DNA from: Octopus sinensis
Lineage: Eukaryota
DNA length: 64,000 nt
NCBI RefSeq assembly: GCF_006345805.1
Contig: NC_043003.1
Span: 7,936,001 to 8,000,000 of the forward strand
Direction of reading: 5' to 3'
Shown here: in pieces, positions 1-14,021 of the stretch
Numbering within the stretch: position 1 is the stretch's first letter
How the letters are laid out: the number at the start of each line of letters is the position of its first letter
Program-made: the position numbers and the translations under genes
Notes under the pieces: model-generated
Database searches by the model: none
What the model was told of the DNA's origin: nothing
The model's input: only the letters and a program-made list of their open reading frames with translations

Positions 1-310
1 TACAGCTGTTTCAGCCAAGAGGCCATAGTACCCTACTTTATTTCTATGCCTTCAGTGAACTGAAGTATTTGGTAGATAAGATTAAGGCACTTGAGTGTGT
101 CTCTGGGTTGTAAGATACTATCTTACTTTCTATGCTCTACGTTATATATTTTAATAATTACTGGTATTTTTATATATTATATATGTAAAGCATAATATGT
201 TATATATGTATGTATATTGTTATAATTGTTTTTTTTTAATTATTAGACATAATATAATGTCTAAAATTTGATGAATACCACCTCTTGATCCCCTCCGTGT
301 TCTTATTGCC

Positions 311-392
<82 letters not shown>

Positions 393-514
393 CTGTGTCT
401 GTGTATGTGTGTTTTAAAAAAACATAAATTCGAAGAAGCACACTCTTAGAAGTAGAGCAGTCTATATAAATTACTGGTGAAGGCGAGTTTCTTGGGTTAC
501 TCTGTGTTTCTCAC

Positions 515-634
515 CATAAATAGTATCTTTTGGGGTATCATCTGACCCTAAAACCTGTTGGGCTATGGCCTCTTTAACATATGAAGGGACGTCAACAGGT
601 CTTAGGGTCTCAGATGCGCCATAAAGGTACCAGA
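515..634 (-). CDS. Candidate internal host exon, 120 nt, phase 1-1
   Basis: T-rich tract plus TAG acceptor, GTGAGA donor, open frame WYLYGASETLRPVDVPSYVKEAIAQQVLGSDDTPKDTIY. Confidence 0.35.
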
Positions 635-719
635 CTATTTTTAGCAAATAAAATCTGAAACCATGATCCAAGAAACTGATGGTAAATGTTTTTCATTCCC
701 ATCGAGATTTCATCCCTAA

Positions 720-1116
720 CTAGCAGCATCGCCCGGCGTTGCTCGGGTTTGTAAGGGAAATAACTATATAAGCATTTTTAGAGATGTAAAGTATAATAGC
801 CATCTCAATATGGCTAACCACAAAGGTGGGGGGGTGTTACTGTAGCTTTTTACGTTCAGAGATTTAATAATAAATTTTTAGAGAGTTACTTCCCTTATAT
901 ATGCCAAAAATGCCTTAAAAATGGGAAAAATTGATGGTAATTTTTTTTTAATCGTAGACTCATCGTAGACACGCGCTAATACCCAGAAGGGCTCGATATG
1001 AATCACGACTATAAGATACCCGGTTTTGGTTAAACTGCACCGCAAAATGTGGGAATAGTTAGGAATCTAAATCGTAGGAGACAGACAGCACACAACCTCA
1101 CTTTTATATATAAAGA
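720..1116 (-). mobile_element. Non-autonomous Helitron
   Basis: 5' TC, 3' CTAG, subterminal hairpin CCCGAGCAACGCCGGG, inserted between A and T. Confidence 0.85.
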
Positions 1117-1679
1117 TTAGTGGTTTGAACTTTAGCTGTTCCTTCTAGCGTAAGAGAGTCCTATGATGGATACCTCTTAATGTGTTAAAATGTACACTGT
1201 ATTACATATATATATATGTATGTATAAACAATTTTCATTTTTGTGTCGATTTTCATTGTTCATGCCTTGTCTTATTTCAGTCGCATACCCGAAAGTTTTA
1301 CTCCGAAGATATATAATATAGCATGCTGTTTGGATTGCTGTGTATTTGGTCGACTGGTTCCATGGAAACCTTTATAGTCTTCATCATTATTTTTTATTTC
1401 ACTTTCATTGTGTCAGATATTGATGTGTTGAAATATTAGTTTTGCTCCTATTGTTGTATGTTCTGAAATAATTTGTTGCTCTGTTTTGGTAGTATGTACT
1501 TTGAGCGATTCTACTTATTTTGTTTGTGATAGGTTCCCTTTTGATGCTTTCATTGCTTTCATTTAAGAAATCCTTTCTATGGTTCGTCGGTTGTGTTTGC
1601 TTCTCTTTCCGTGTGTATTGTTTGAAATATTTCAATAATTATTTTGGACGTTATTTGGACATTAATAGTTGTTGCTATT

Positions 1680-2282
1680 AAGGCGGCGAGCTGGCAGAAT
1701 CCTCAGCACGCCGTCATTACGTTCTGAGTTCAAATTCTACCGAGGTCGACTCTGCCTTTCATCCTTTTGGGGTCGATAACTTAAGTACCAGTTGCGTACT
1801 GGGATCGATCTAATCGACTGGCCCCCGTCCTAATAATTTCAGGCCTTGTACCTAGAGTAGAAAAGAATATCTAGGTGTCTGTAAGGCGGTGAATTGGCAG
1901 AAACGTTAGTACGCCGGGCGAAATGCTTAGCAGCATTTTGACTGTCACTGCATTCTGAGTTCAAATTCCGCCGAGGTCGACTTTGCCCTTCATCCTTTCG
2001 GGGTCGATAAATTAAGTACCAGTTACGCACTGGGGTAGATGTAATCGACTTAATCCGTTTGTCTGTCCTTGTTTGTCCTCTCTGTGTGTAACCCCTTGTG
2101 GGTAGTAAAGAAATAGGTATTTCGTCTGCCGCTACGTTCTGAGTTCAAATTCTGCGAGGTCGACTTTGCCTTTCATCCTTTCGGAGTCGATAAATTAAGT
2201 ACCAGTTACGCACTGGGGTCTATGTTATCATCTATCCCCTTCCCCCAAATTTCAGGCCTTGTGCCTAGACCAAAAAAGAATT
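1680..2282 (+). mobile_element. Cluster of family-A tRNA-derived SINEs (Meta-domain-like body)
   Basis: Head GGCGGCGAGCTGGCAGAA (A box), GAGTTCAAATTCC (B box), body GCCTTTCATCCTTTCGGGGTCGATAAATTAAGTACCAG. Three units. Confidence 0.85.
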
Positions 2283-2399
2283 ATTTGTTGCTAATATGAA
2301 GCTTTACATTCTCACAATTGTGGTCGCAATGATTCCTTTCCGTTATATCATGCATTATGTACTTTGTTCAAAAGTGTATTATGTGGTTTATCTTTTATT

Positions 2400-2730
2400 T
2401 GCTTCAGTCATTTGACTGCGGCCATGCTGGGGCTCCGCGTTGGAGGCCTTCAGTCGAACAAATGTCGTCTGTGGTTCTTATTTGTAATTCTAGCGCTTAT
2501 CGCATTCTTTTGCCGGAACTCTTAATGGGGAGGTAAGTAAACACACACACGCACACATGTAGTTATATATAAGCCGGGGTTTCACCCAGTTTCCGTCTAC
2601 CAAGGTCAGTCACAAGGCATTAGTCGGTCCGACAATTTAGTAGAAGAAACTTGTCTAAGATACCATGCAGCGGGACCGAACCCGAAACCATGTGTTTGCA
2701 AAGCAAGCCTCTTAACCACGCAGACATACC
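2400..2730 (-). mobile_element. Family-B SINE (diverged)
   Basis: Matches 42923-43325 reversed. Confidence 0.7.
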
Positions 2731-3424
2731 TTTGCCTCTGCGTGTAACTATTACATATAACCCCTAAAATAAGCGCCGACTGAGATACTTCTAACACCAC
2801 GATGTTAATTTATTTTATTAATCTTAGGTAATTGCTTCTCTTTCATTTATTTCAGATTTTACGAAGCATTCTCTTGTCACGTCTACGTTCATTTTTCATC
2901 CGGAACAGAAGGCCTAGATTGTTGTTGTTGTTGCTGTTGTTCTCGTTGTTCTCGTTGTTCAATAATTCAATATGTTATATATAAAATTTCTATTTTCATT
3001 TATATTATTATTTTATCGTTTTCCTGGTATTTAAGTGAGCGTTTACTGCACCAATAAATGTATTTCCGTGCCAGTCACGTGCCTACAGCATTGTTACACA
3101 TTTTTACGTTCTGGCTAAATTCGTGTGTATTTGTTGATTGTTATTGTGTTACTATTTCCAGTGCTGCCTTCGTGTGCCAAGGTCTGTATACACGCTGACC
3201 TTAGTTCATTGTTTATTTTAATGAAAGTGCATTGAGTATGTGCTCTCTTCCTTAATAGAACTATTTTTGTATCCTGGAGAATTGTGTGAACTCTGATTAT
3301 AACCTCAAATCAAATTATTTATAATACTTGCGGTGCAGCAAATATTTGTTCTCTATCCATATAGCATCTAACTTCGCATCTTTTTTCTTCCTTTATCTTT
3401 CAATTATTTTAGCCATTGGATTGC

Positions 3425-3850
3425 GGCTCAGAACGTAACAGCAGACGAAATACCAATTTCTTTACTACCCACAATGGGCTAAACACAGAGGGGACAAACA
3501 AGGACAGACAAACAGATTAAGTCGATTACATCGACCTCAGTGCGTAGCTGGTACTTATTTAATCGACCCCGAAAGGATGAAAGGCAAAGTCGACCTCGGT
3601 GGAATTTGAACTCAGAACGTAATGGCAGACGAAATACCTATTTCTTTACTACCCACAAGGGGCTACACACAGAGGGAACAAACAAGGACAGACAAACAGA
3701 TTAAGTCGATTGCATCGACCCTAGTGCGTAACTGGTACTTAATTTATCGACCCCGAAATAATGAAAGGCAAAGTCGACCTCGGCGGAATTTGAACTCACA
3801 ACGTGACGGCAGACGAAATACCGCTAAGCACTTCGCCCGGCGTGCTAACT
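3425..3850 (-). mobile_element. Family-A SINE multimer
   Basis: Three head-to-tail units on minus. Confidence 0.85.
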
Positions 3851-4230
3851 CAATACTTATTTTTAATTTCTAGCACCTACTTTATAGATCTCTTTGGCCA
3901 AATCGCTAATTTACGGGTAAGTAAAGAGAGCAACAGCATTTGTCAAACGGTGGAGGCAAATACAACTCAAACACAAAATCTCACTCACCTTATTTGGTAC
4001 ATCTCTAGGTTTACTTTGAAAATACATAATTGTGAGGATAGTCACCAATTCTTATTTTGCGTGGTTTAAAGTTACTTTTTTGAGTTTAACTTTCCTTCCT
4101 TTTAGCCTAGCTTTATGGATTTTTCGGTAAAGATGTGTATTCTTCTTAACGATATTTTGTAGTGATTCCATGTGTAACTTCATCTTCATCGGCGGAATTT
4201 GAACTCACAACGTGACGGCAGACGAAATAT

Positions 4231-4885
4231 AAGGCGGCGAGCTGGCAGAAACGTTAGCACGCCGGGCGAAATGCTTCGCGATATTTCGTCTGCCGCTACG
4301 TTCTGAGTTCAAATTCCGCCGAGATCGACTTTACCTTTCATCCTTTCGGGGTCTATTAAATAAGTACCAGTTACGCACTGGGGCCGATGTAATCGACTTA
4401 ATACCTATGTCTGTCCCTGTTTATCCCCTCTATGTTTAGCCCCTTGTGGGTAGTAAAGAAATGGGTATTTCGTTTGTCTTTACGTTCTGAGTTCAAATTC
4501 CGCCGAGGTCGACTTTGCCTTTCATCGTTTCGGAGTCGATAAATTAAGTACCAGTTACGCACGGGGGAGTCGATCTAAATGACTGACCAATAATGTTGGG
4601 TCTTGTGTCTAGATTAGAAGAGAATATATGAAACGTGAAAGGCGGTAAGCTGGCAGAAACATCAGCACACCGGGCAAAATGCTTAGCCACATTATGTCTA
4701 TTTTTATATTCTGAGTTCAAATTCCACCGAGGTCGACTTTGCCCTTCACCTTTTCGGTGTCGATTAAATAAGTACCAGTTACACACTGGAGTCGATGTAA
4801 TCGAGTTAATCCCTTTGTCTGTCCTTGTTTGTCCCCTTTATGTTTAGCCCCCACCCCCACCCCCGTGGTTAATAAAGAAATAAGT
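4231..4885 (+). mobile_element. Family-A SINE cluster
   Basis: Full copy, tandem body and a second full copy. Confidence 0.85.
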
Positions 4886-6521
4886 ATTTTTCTTAATTTG
4901 CAAATGGGTACAGATTTTCTCCTTTGCTAATTATGTTCTGCGGTTCATTGTTGTTATGTTAGATATTTCCGTGAGTGTCGAGGAAGCGACTTTACATCTG
5001 GGAAAAAGTTTATACGATTGCTTAGTATCCTGTTGATGAGTTTGTCATTGTTGGCCTAGAAACCGATGTTAACGAACAAGAATTATTGAAGTCTCTTCTC
5101 GGGAGACTTCCGTTGCTCAGAATCGCTTCACCACTAAGCGAAAGAGGTCTGAATTTTCACGCTATCTATGTTAGACTCATATTCAAACAACTGAGAGTAA
5201 ACAGGACACTAAATGAAGAACATTAATGTGATAAGCTATATCACATTGTCTCAATGTCCTATTTCTAGGACACTGGGTATTTCCTTTTCTACTTAGAGTA
5301 AAGGAGTTTTAATTTTTCTTTTTCATTTTAACCTATATTCAATCATCTGTAAAAATTCAAAAGTAATATTCAGAAATTTAACTACTCTATGACTTAATGG
5401 GTTTAAACAGTGCCAAAACGTACATTGTGCTGTGCTGTACTATCTATTTCTAGATAAAATTGCCAAGAAGTATAATCTTTGCATTTCTCTCTCTTCCAGT
5501 ATTCTGAGATTGGCATTTTTTCTCACTTTTAGATTATACGACACACGCATGAGCACGTGAGAGCAAATGTGTTCATATTTATATTCTTATACATTCCATT
5601 GTCCAATCTGTGCGAGGTTGCATGTCGTTTGCTGAAGCTGGCATGACAAGAAATTGTTTACAAGTGAAAGTAGATAGAGCGCAGTCCCATGAGGTATCAT
5701 TAGGGTGAACGGGCTGTGTTCTAGCGTTGGTTTTATACAATTATATCTGCCTAGAATGATAAATGTGCACCGTTGCAACGTACATTTAAATGTTCTGGTT
5801 ATCTCGACTGTATAATACAAGTTATTGTCATTACTTTGAGAATGTGTAGCGGTAAACTTAAAGTAATGAAAGATTTGATTGTATAATGACCTTCATTATC
5901 GATTATATTTGGGGCTTGGTGGTCTCTATTGTCCTCAAAGTATTTGATTAAGGTTAATTTGTTTACCCTCTGCATTGTGTCTTTCGTTAATGTTATATTA
6001 GCCGGGTTTTCCATCCAAGCTGAGCTTGAGTCGTTTTCCTCACGATTCCCATACACTAAATCGCAGAGTTTCGACAAATTAAAATATTTGAAACAAAAGC
6101 CATTTAGCTGAAGGATTTCCAATGCACTTATTACTGGTTCATTAAGAATATTAACGTTTCCCATCTCTAGAAGTTAGTTTGGAAGTTCCTTTGATCAGAA
6201 TTGACTGAAGCATTTGTAGCAGTGTTCCGTGACTACTTCTGAAGAATTTCCTTCCAGCCACAAACAGTGGTACAGTTACATCGTCAAACAGACCGTTAAA
6301 ATTTTGTACATCTTGAAATTCCGGTCAAGAAACTCTAATTCATGAGTTCAAAGTTGTACACTGAACTCATCAGTTTCTAATGGCCAGCTTGTTCCATTAG
6401 TTTTATTTTTCCCTTTGAAAGTGAAAATTGATCCAGCATCCACATTGCGAGGCCTCACGCACCTGAAATAGTTTTGCGAAGCAAACTGGCTGCAATTACA
6501 GCTGCGGTATTACCAAGTCTT

Positions 6522-6705
6522 GAGGCGGCGAGCTGGCAGAAACGTTAGCACGCCGGGCGAAATGCTTAGCGGTACCAAATTCACTCACAAGGCTTTGGTC
6601 GGCCCGAGGCTATAGTAGAAACTCTCACCGAAGGCGCCACGCAGTGGGACTGAACCCGGAACCATGTGGTTGGTAAGCAAGCTACGTACCACACAGCCAC
6701 TCCTG
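6522..6705. mobile_element. Family-A head (plus) joined to family-B 5' half (minus)
   Basis: GGCGGCGAGCTGG...GCTTAGCGGT|ACCAAATTCACTCACAAGG...CACACAGCCACTCC. Confidence 0.75.
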
Positions 6706-9206
6706 TTATTAATTATTGGCAGAAATACTGTAATATTTTTCCCGCAGTTGGTCTGCATTGTATCCCTATTCTTCAGTTCTTACGCTGGTATTTGTTGTAG
6801 AGAAATAATACTTGGAAGGCAATAGATGGCGTACATGTCAAAGCAAGCAACAACGTTCAAATCTTTCTGGGGCCATCAGTAAAGCGATATACAGGATTCT
6901 GATGCATAATATGTACTACGAGGCAATTCTACACTACTATCCCCCCCCACCAAACCACCAAACCACCAAACCACCAAACCACAAACCACCATACCACCAC
7001 CACCACCACACCACCACCACCACTCGAAGTCAAGATGGTCGTTAAACGTGCAAGACAATATAATATGCATGTGACCGGGTAACACATTTGAGCTTGAATT
7101 CCCACCGAAATTTCGAACATGAATTCTACACCTCAACAACGAACGACCTCTACGGCGTTTGCGCTATCCTACGCACTTGATCTCCCTGTGGGGCAAGAAT
7201 TATAGCCTCCATCGTGGCCGACTGTCGGACGTAGGGGACGTGGTGAACTTGTTGTTCGGAGCCTGATCCAACTATATCGGGTGATACTTGTGCAACTATT
7301 TTCCTCAGTTAAGATTGATATAGCCTCTTCTACAGTTTGGTTTTTACTTTACCTTTGTTGAACAAACTGGGAATATCAAACATTCAATTTAATCAACAGT
7401 TCCCGAATCCTTGTATGAGGCCTATCTTAGGAAATGTTATATAATTTACTCTGGTGTCGACTAAGTAATATTGTCGGAATGTATCAAGAAGCTTCCTCCA
7501 TAACCTGCTACTTCCCATCCAGACAGATATCTTCTCTTTCTTCTCTGTCAAAGTGAAATTCTGGGAACACCAGCACAGTGTATGTTCCATAGCTCCGGGT
7601 CTATAATGCTCCCAGAAATATTCAGACAACCATGTTTGCGCATGTCACTCATTGTTGTAAATAGCTGTTGTACGAGTATCTAGTTAGAGGAAATACCGCG
7701 ATGGAAAATTTATGTAACGGTGATTATTGGAATTTGCAGCCGCCATCAATGCTGGAAATGTAAACAAAAATCCAATCCAGTAATAAAGTAAAAAGTGTTA
7801 TGTACGAGGAAAGAGCAATTCGCAATAAATTAGATCAATGTTAAACAAACGAAAATCCACTCTAACCATGACAGTGTGCAAAGAATTCGGTCGTGAATTA
7901 TGAATTTGCGATAAAATATGCTCTGACGAATATTGTAGATTACAATGGTTGAATGGGTGGAATAAGTTCCCAAGATCAGATTGTTGACAGCTGTTTTACA
8001 GTATTCTGAATAACGTGCTGAAATAAGATTCTACTTTATTTGATTGGTGAATACTCGACAAACTCGTATATTATATACAAAGGGAATCCAAATGTTCAAG
8101 TAAAGATATTTACCACCAGTTTTTGATCGAAATTACTGAGAGATTTATTCAAGGTTACCAAGTATTTTCGCCTGGGTAACAAGTGAGAAAAAAAAAAGTG
8201 AATTCGATTTGACACTGGAGACCGAAATTAGATTATTTAAGTGAATGAAAGATGTGGAATTTCAGTTGTGAGCTATAAATATTCTGTATAATTTGGAATG
8301 TATGTAAGATTACATTAACGATGGTGTCCCTTATCATTTAGGAAGGTATTATGCTATTTCAGATTTTAGCAGGTTGAGCAATTGTTCAGAATACCCTTCG
8401 CTGACTCACAAGGAGATGAAATACGTTTGTGGGCTGTAACTGGATATATCTCTTCTCTTTCCCGCACGACTCAGGAAACACATTACTGTTTAGTATCAAG
8501 CTCTCTCGTTTTTCCAATGTTGAAATTAATGACACGTTAGCACATACAACTACAATCACATACAAAAAGCATTCATCTTTTTCATGTGTATATTTAAAGA
8601 AACACGAATCATATTACTCTTAAATTTGGACGTGTATCCACGCAATCAAAATCAACGCAGGCATAACTACCACATGATCACACACACACACACATTCCTT
8701 TTCGTGTACCAAACCTTTAGGTTCAATTCTGAAAACGTTAGCGTCTTTCAATAAATATAAATTCTATATTCTCATGCATGCAGCGGTTCGTCACGTGAAA
8801 AGCTATCGGACAACCTGACAAGCTTTCGAGCAGGAAAACACATTACGAAAACAAGTAAAACAGCAAAACGCGCGTTTCTCCTTCTCTCTCTCTTCATCTC
8901 AGATGATTCACTGATTTCTATCTTTTATTCTGCATTAAGTTTGCAGATACCCTGAGTTTGATAAGATGTTCCCCTCCCAAGAAATACATTTATTCATATT
9001 TGTTTCTACCACATTCACGTAATGTTTATACACACACACATACACGCATATATACATGCATATATGCATATATACATACGTATGTACACAAATACTAGTA
9101 TACATGTCTATATTGGATACATATTTATATATAAGGATACAAATACACACACAAACACACACACACACACACACACACCACACACGCACACACACACACA
9201 CATATA

Positions 9207-9246
<40 letters not shown>

Positions 9247-9341
9247 GAAGTATAAGGAAAGGAAAAATTCTAATTGTAGACGAACTTTAATTAATAATCC
9301 AAGTTGGTACAGATTTCTATCTTTTATTCTGATTATATAAC

Positions 9342-9377
<36 letters not shown>

Positions 9378-9512
9378 CGAGAGTGGTTGTATACTGTCAA
9401 CATAACGTGACAGTCCATATATTATTATATATATATATACTTGGATTGTACCGGCAGACCTGGATGTTTGACATCCCTTTGAAGGATTTCGGTTCTCACC
9501 TCACACCTCATT

Positions 9513-9549
<37 letters not shown>

Positions 9550-9570
9550 CTCTCTCTCTAATATATATAT

Positions 9571-9617
<47 letters not shown>

Positions 9618-9949
9618 ATATATATATATATATATATATACCAAACCAGAACAAGTATATGAAGCCATTTATAATAAGTTAATTAGGGTAAGGTGAATTT
9701 GAAATCTTACAGCTGTTCGGAAAATTATTTACAGCCTTGGATTTTTTTTTATCTCATTCTGTCAATTTATATAATATGCATGCTAATACATGGCCCACGT
9801 TGGACTCCTCACTCGTATCATTATCGAACCTGGAATTTAAATATGGTCTATCCATAGCACTTACATAGCGTTACCCGACAGCTTTTGGGTCTTCTTTACA
9901 TCCATACTGCACATACCTTCAGATCGCCATGTTGAATCGCTAGCTTCTG

Positions 9950-10135
9950 CACGCATTTTTTTCTCTCCTTGTTTCTCTCTGTGTTTCTTTTCTGTGTATC
10001 TTTCTGTTGAAGAGCGTAGGCTCGAAACGTAAAAGACTTGTTTTATTTATATTCCTGAGCACCATACTAATACAATTGTTTGTTGGTACTCCACCTGCCT
10101 TCGTCGTTTGTTTATTTTCATAAAGCTTCCCGTTA
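9950..10135 (+). mobile_element. Short HHR-bearing repeat unit (family 1), 3' end abutting (TACA)n
   Basis: TCTTT-CTGTTGA-A-GAGC gtag GCTC-GAAAC GTA|AAAGA at 9999-10036. Confidence 0.7.
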
Positions 10136-10207
10136 CATACATACATAGATACATACATACATACATACATACATACATACATACATACATACATACATAC
10201 ATACATA

Positions 10208-10370
10208 GGGAGAATTCACGAAAAAACGCAAAAGACAAAGACAGGTGGTGTAGACAACAAACAGATGTATTATTTTAATGCTCGGGAAGTGAAAAAGTCT
10301 TTAACGTTTCGAGCCTTCGCTCTTCTACAGAAAGGAATACAGGAAGAAACAAGGAGAAAATATAGTGTTT
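10208..10370 (-). mobile_element. Short HHR-bearing repeat unit (family 1), inverted relative to 9950-10135
   Basis: On minus: CCTTT-CTGTAGA-A-GAGC gaag GCTC-GAAAC GTT|AAAGA at 10298-10335. Confidence 0.7.
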
Positions 10371-10464
10371 TGTGGCTACCGATCTATCATGGCGAATCTG
10401 TCTATCTGACTGTCTGTCTGTCTCTCTCCCCCCCTCTCTCTCTCTCTATATATACTTATCTATC

Positions 10465-10517
<53 letters not shown>

Positions 10518-11316
10518 TATATGTATATATACAATATACACAAACACACACACACACACACCCACATATATATATATATTATATATATATATATGCACAC
10601 GCAACTGCGAGCATACGGGTGTGTGTTAATGGATGCTGTTGCTTGTCTCTCATCTTCCTTGTTTGTCCCCGTTTCTACAATTCATCCCCGCCTATTTTAA
10701 GATTCTTTATTTGCCAACTTTACCTTGGCATGCCAAACTAATCAATCGATTTTACTCCCTTTTCATTGTGGCGGCGTGCAGTTATTGAAATCTGTATCGA
10801 TCTGACGTCACAGGATATTGTTGAAGTAAAAGGCTGTTTGACATTGACTCACACAAATTTTAACGAGTTATACGTTCCTCACTTTGCATGTTCCTGTGAG
10901 TGTGTGTGTGTGTGACTGTGAGCGCGCGCACATGTGTGTTTGCGTGTGTGTATGGAGGTGCATACATACATGTATGTATGTTTGTATTAAGTATGTATGT
11001 ATATGTATGTATATATGTAGGTATGCATGTATATATGTATGTATATATGTAGGTATGCATGTATATATGTATGTATATATGTAGGTATGCATGTATATGT
11101 ATGTATATATGTATGCATGCGTATATGCATGCGTGTATGCATGTGTGTATGCGTGTATTTATGCATGTGTGTATCTCCCTCTATCTCTATATGTATATAC
11201 ATCTATATGTGTCCGAGTGCGTATTTGTGTTATGTGGATAAACATATTTGTGTATATTTGTGTACACATGTACACATGCTCAGATATACACACACACACA
11301 CACATATACTATATAC

Positions 11317-11358
<42 letters not shown>

Positions 11359-12139
11359 TATATATATATATATTATATAGATAGATAGATCGATATAATA
11401 TATATACATATATACATATATATAACGTGCATTGCTCTATCTATCTGTCTGTCTGTCTGTCTGTATATCTGTCTGTCTGTATATCTGCCTCTCTGACTGA
11501 CTGTCTCTCCCTCTCTCTATCTATTTATATATATATCTCAATGTGTATATGTTTTTCAATATCTACGTATATATTTAAACATGTATACACATACTACACA
11601 CACTCACACACACATACACACAAACAAACACACACAAACACACACATACACACACATATATATATACATATACGCACGCAGATAGACGCATATTAATATC
11701 CCGGCTGTATGATATTGCGCAGCGATAGCAAAAGACAATAACTTGTAGGCGACTACTATGTCGTCAGATTCCTTGTCTTTCCGTTTTCAGCAATATTTGT
11801 GTTTGAACGTTTCACCCTTCGATTGTTAAACAGCTGTGATTGCTAAAGCAACCGACCTAGTTTGCAGCTATTCAACGTTGTGTGCTGATATTGACATCTG
11901 CATTGATCTGACGTCAGAGGAAGTTGTTGAAGCAAAAACACTTTGACATGAAATCTTCGGAATTTTTGACCGACTTAAAATGTTCACGTGTGTGTGTGTG
12001 TGTGTGTGTGTGCGCGTATGAAAACAGCAGCAACCGCAATATTAGCGTGCACACATAGAAACACACACATACGTATGTTGATAGATAGATTTTATATACG
12101 TAAATACATACATACATATATACATATATGACTCACTAA

Positions 12140-12925
12140 CTGTGTCCTGGAAGGTTCCGAAGGAGGGAAAAATCAGTAGGAAGTTCCGAGGAGAGGGAAT
12201 TACTTCCTGGAAAGTTTCGAGGGACAATTCATTCTTGGTAAGTTCTGAGGAGGGGAGGAATTACTTCCTGGAAAGTTCCATGAAGGGGAGGAATTATTTC
12301 CTGGAAAGTTACGAGAATTAATTTCTTCCCGGAAAGTTCCGAGTATGAAATATTTCCTCAATTGTTCCGGGGACGGAGGACAACTTGCTTGAAAGTTCCG
12401 AGGATGATTTACTTCTTGGAAAGTTTCGAGGATGATTTACGTTCTGGAAAGTTTCGCAGAGTGATTACTTCCTGGAAAGTTTCGAGGAAGGGAGAAATTA
12501 TTTCCTGGGAAGTTCCGAGGATTAATTTCTTCCTGTAAAGTTCCTAGGTAGAATTACATCCTGGGAACATTCCAGGAAGTTATTCATCCTCGGAAATATC
12601 CTGGAAGACATTAATCCTCGGAACTTCCGAGGAAGTAAATTGTCCTCCGAACTTTGCAGGAAGTAAATTATCCTCGGACCTTTCCCGGAAATTGTGGCCC
12701 CTTCCTCTGACCTTACCAAGAATTTGTTCCCAGCCTGGGAACTTTCCAGGAAGAAGTTCATCCTCGAAAATTTCCAAGAAGAAATTAGACCTTGGAAAAA
12801 ATGAATCCTCAGAGCATTCCAGGAAATAATTCCTCCCGCACCTCGGAACTTTCAAGGAAGTTGACCTCCGTCCTCGGAACTTTCCAGGAAGAAATTATCC
12901 TCGGAACTTTCCAGGAAGTAATTGA
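12140..12925. repeat. Foldback array of ~25-30 bp TTCCTGGAAAGTTCCGAGG units
   Basis: Units face one way to ~12567 and the opposite way after it. Confidence 0.8.
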
Positions 12926-13099
12926 CTAATCAAAACATTTCTATTGTTAATTTTTCCAGAATATAATTATGTTTCTGAAATCCCCCATTATTTTCGGAAC
13001 AACTTAATATGTATTTATGCCTCCGTGTGTACGCGTGTTTGTTTGTGCTCATTTGACTTAGTGTATATCTCCTTCTCAGCTTGACTGCAGGTAAAAGGA

Positions 13100-13430
13100 T
13101 AAAGACCCCTTCGGTCATGAATGACCATGGGATTGCACCTTGAAAATTACCCCCCGAGGCACAAGTCCGGGTAAATTTGTTTTATGGATGACTAGCAGTC
13201 ACCCATGCATACCAGCATCTCCTCTCTACGCTATCGATGTTATCCAAGGGAAAGGCAAAAGGGGCCGATACGGCTTGGCACCTGTGACGTCGCAACTCAT
13301 TTCTACAGCTGAGTGAACTGGAACATCGTGAAATAAAGTGCCTTGCTCAAGAACAGAACACACAGTCCAGTCCGAGAATCGAACTCACTACGTCATGTTT
13401 GTGAGCCCGACGCTCTAAACACCGAACCAT
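13100..13430 (-). mobile_element. SINE with the same V-like body and a different tail
   Basis: Shares GTGAAATAAAGTG...GCT with 49865-49885; GAATCGAACTC B-box complement. Confidence 0.7.
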
Positions 13431-13977
13431 GATTGCAGGTACTGATTTGTTAACGGCCAAGTAACTTAGCTGATTCTACCAAAAGAAACCTATAGAATAA
13501 ATATCGGACTTCAAAGCAGTATTTACTGAGGTCGATTTGATCACCTAATACCCTTGAAGGGGGTACACCATGATGGCCGAGGTCGAATAACTGATAAAAG
13601 ATGAAAGGATTAAGATAATAGATGAAAGTTGTAAGATAACAGTATGTCCGTGTGAGTAATACATTGTCATCTCTGTCTCAATAAGCGTATATCTCTTGTG
13701 TGATAAATTTTACAGTTTAGAATATCACCAGACGACATAACCACATAATGTTATGAATGTCTGTCCGAAGTTCTGAAACCGATGAATGAAACGCAATGTT
13801 TATTGCTCTTCGTCTTATGATATTAACCTGGACATGCTTGTTGAAGTTTTGCAAGTATAATGGAAAAATTAAGTTTCTTTGTGTTATATTAGCATTGGGA
13901 TGGAATAATATATATAGATCACGGAATGGAATAACACACACACATGTATATATATATATATATTATATATATAATAT

Positions 13978-14021
<44 letters not shown>

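Noticed and set aside
7921-7960. CTGACGA plus ATTGTA/TACAAT hairpin
   Set aside because: No GAAA or stem III follows.
12140-12925. CRISPR-like appearance of short repeats (also 36278-36755)
   Set aside because: No unique constant-length spacers, orientation flips, eukaryotic context, no cas genes.
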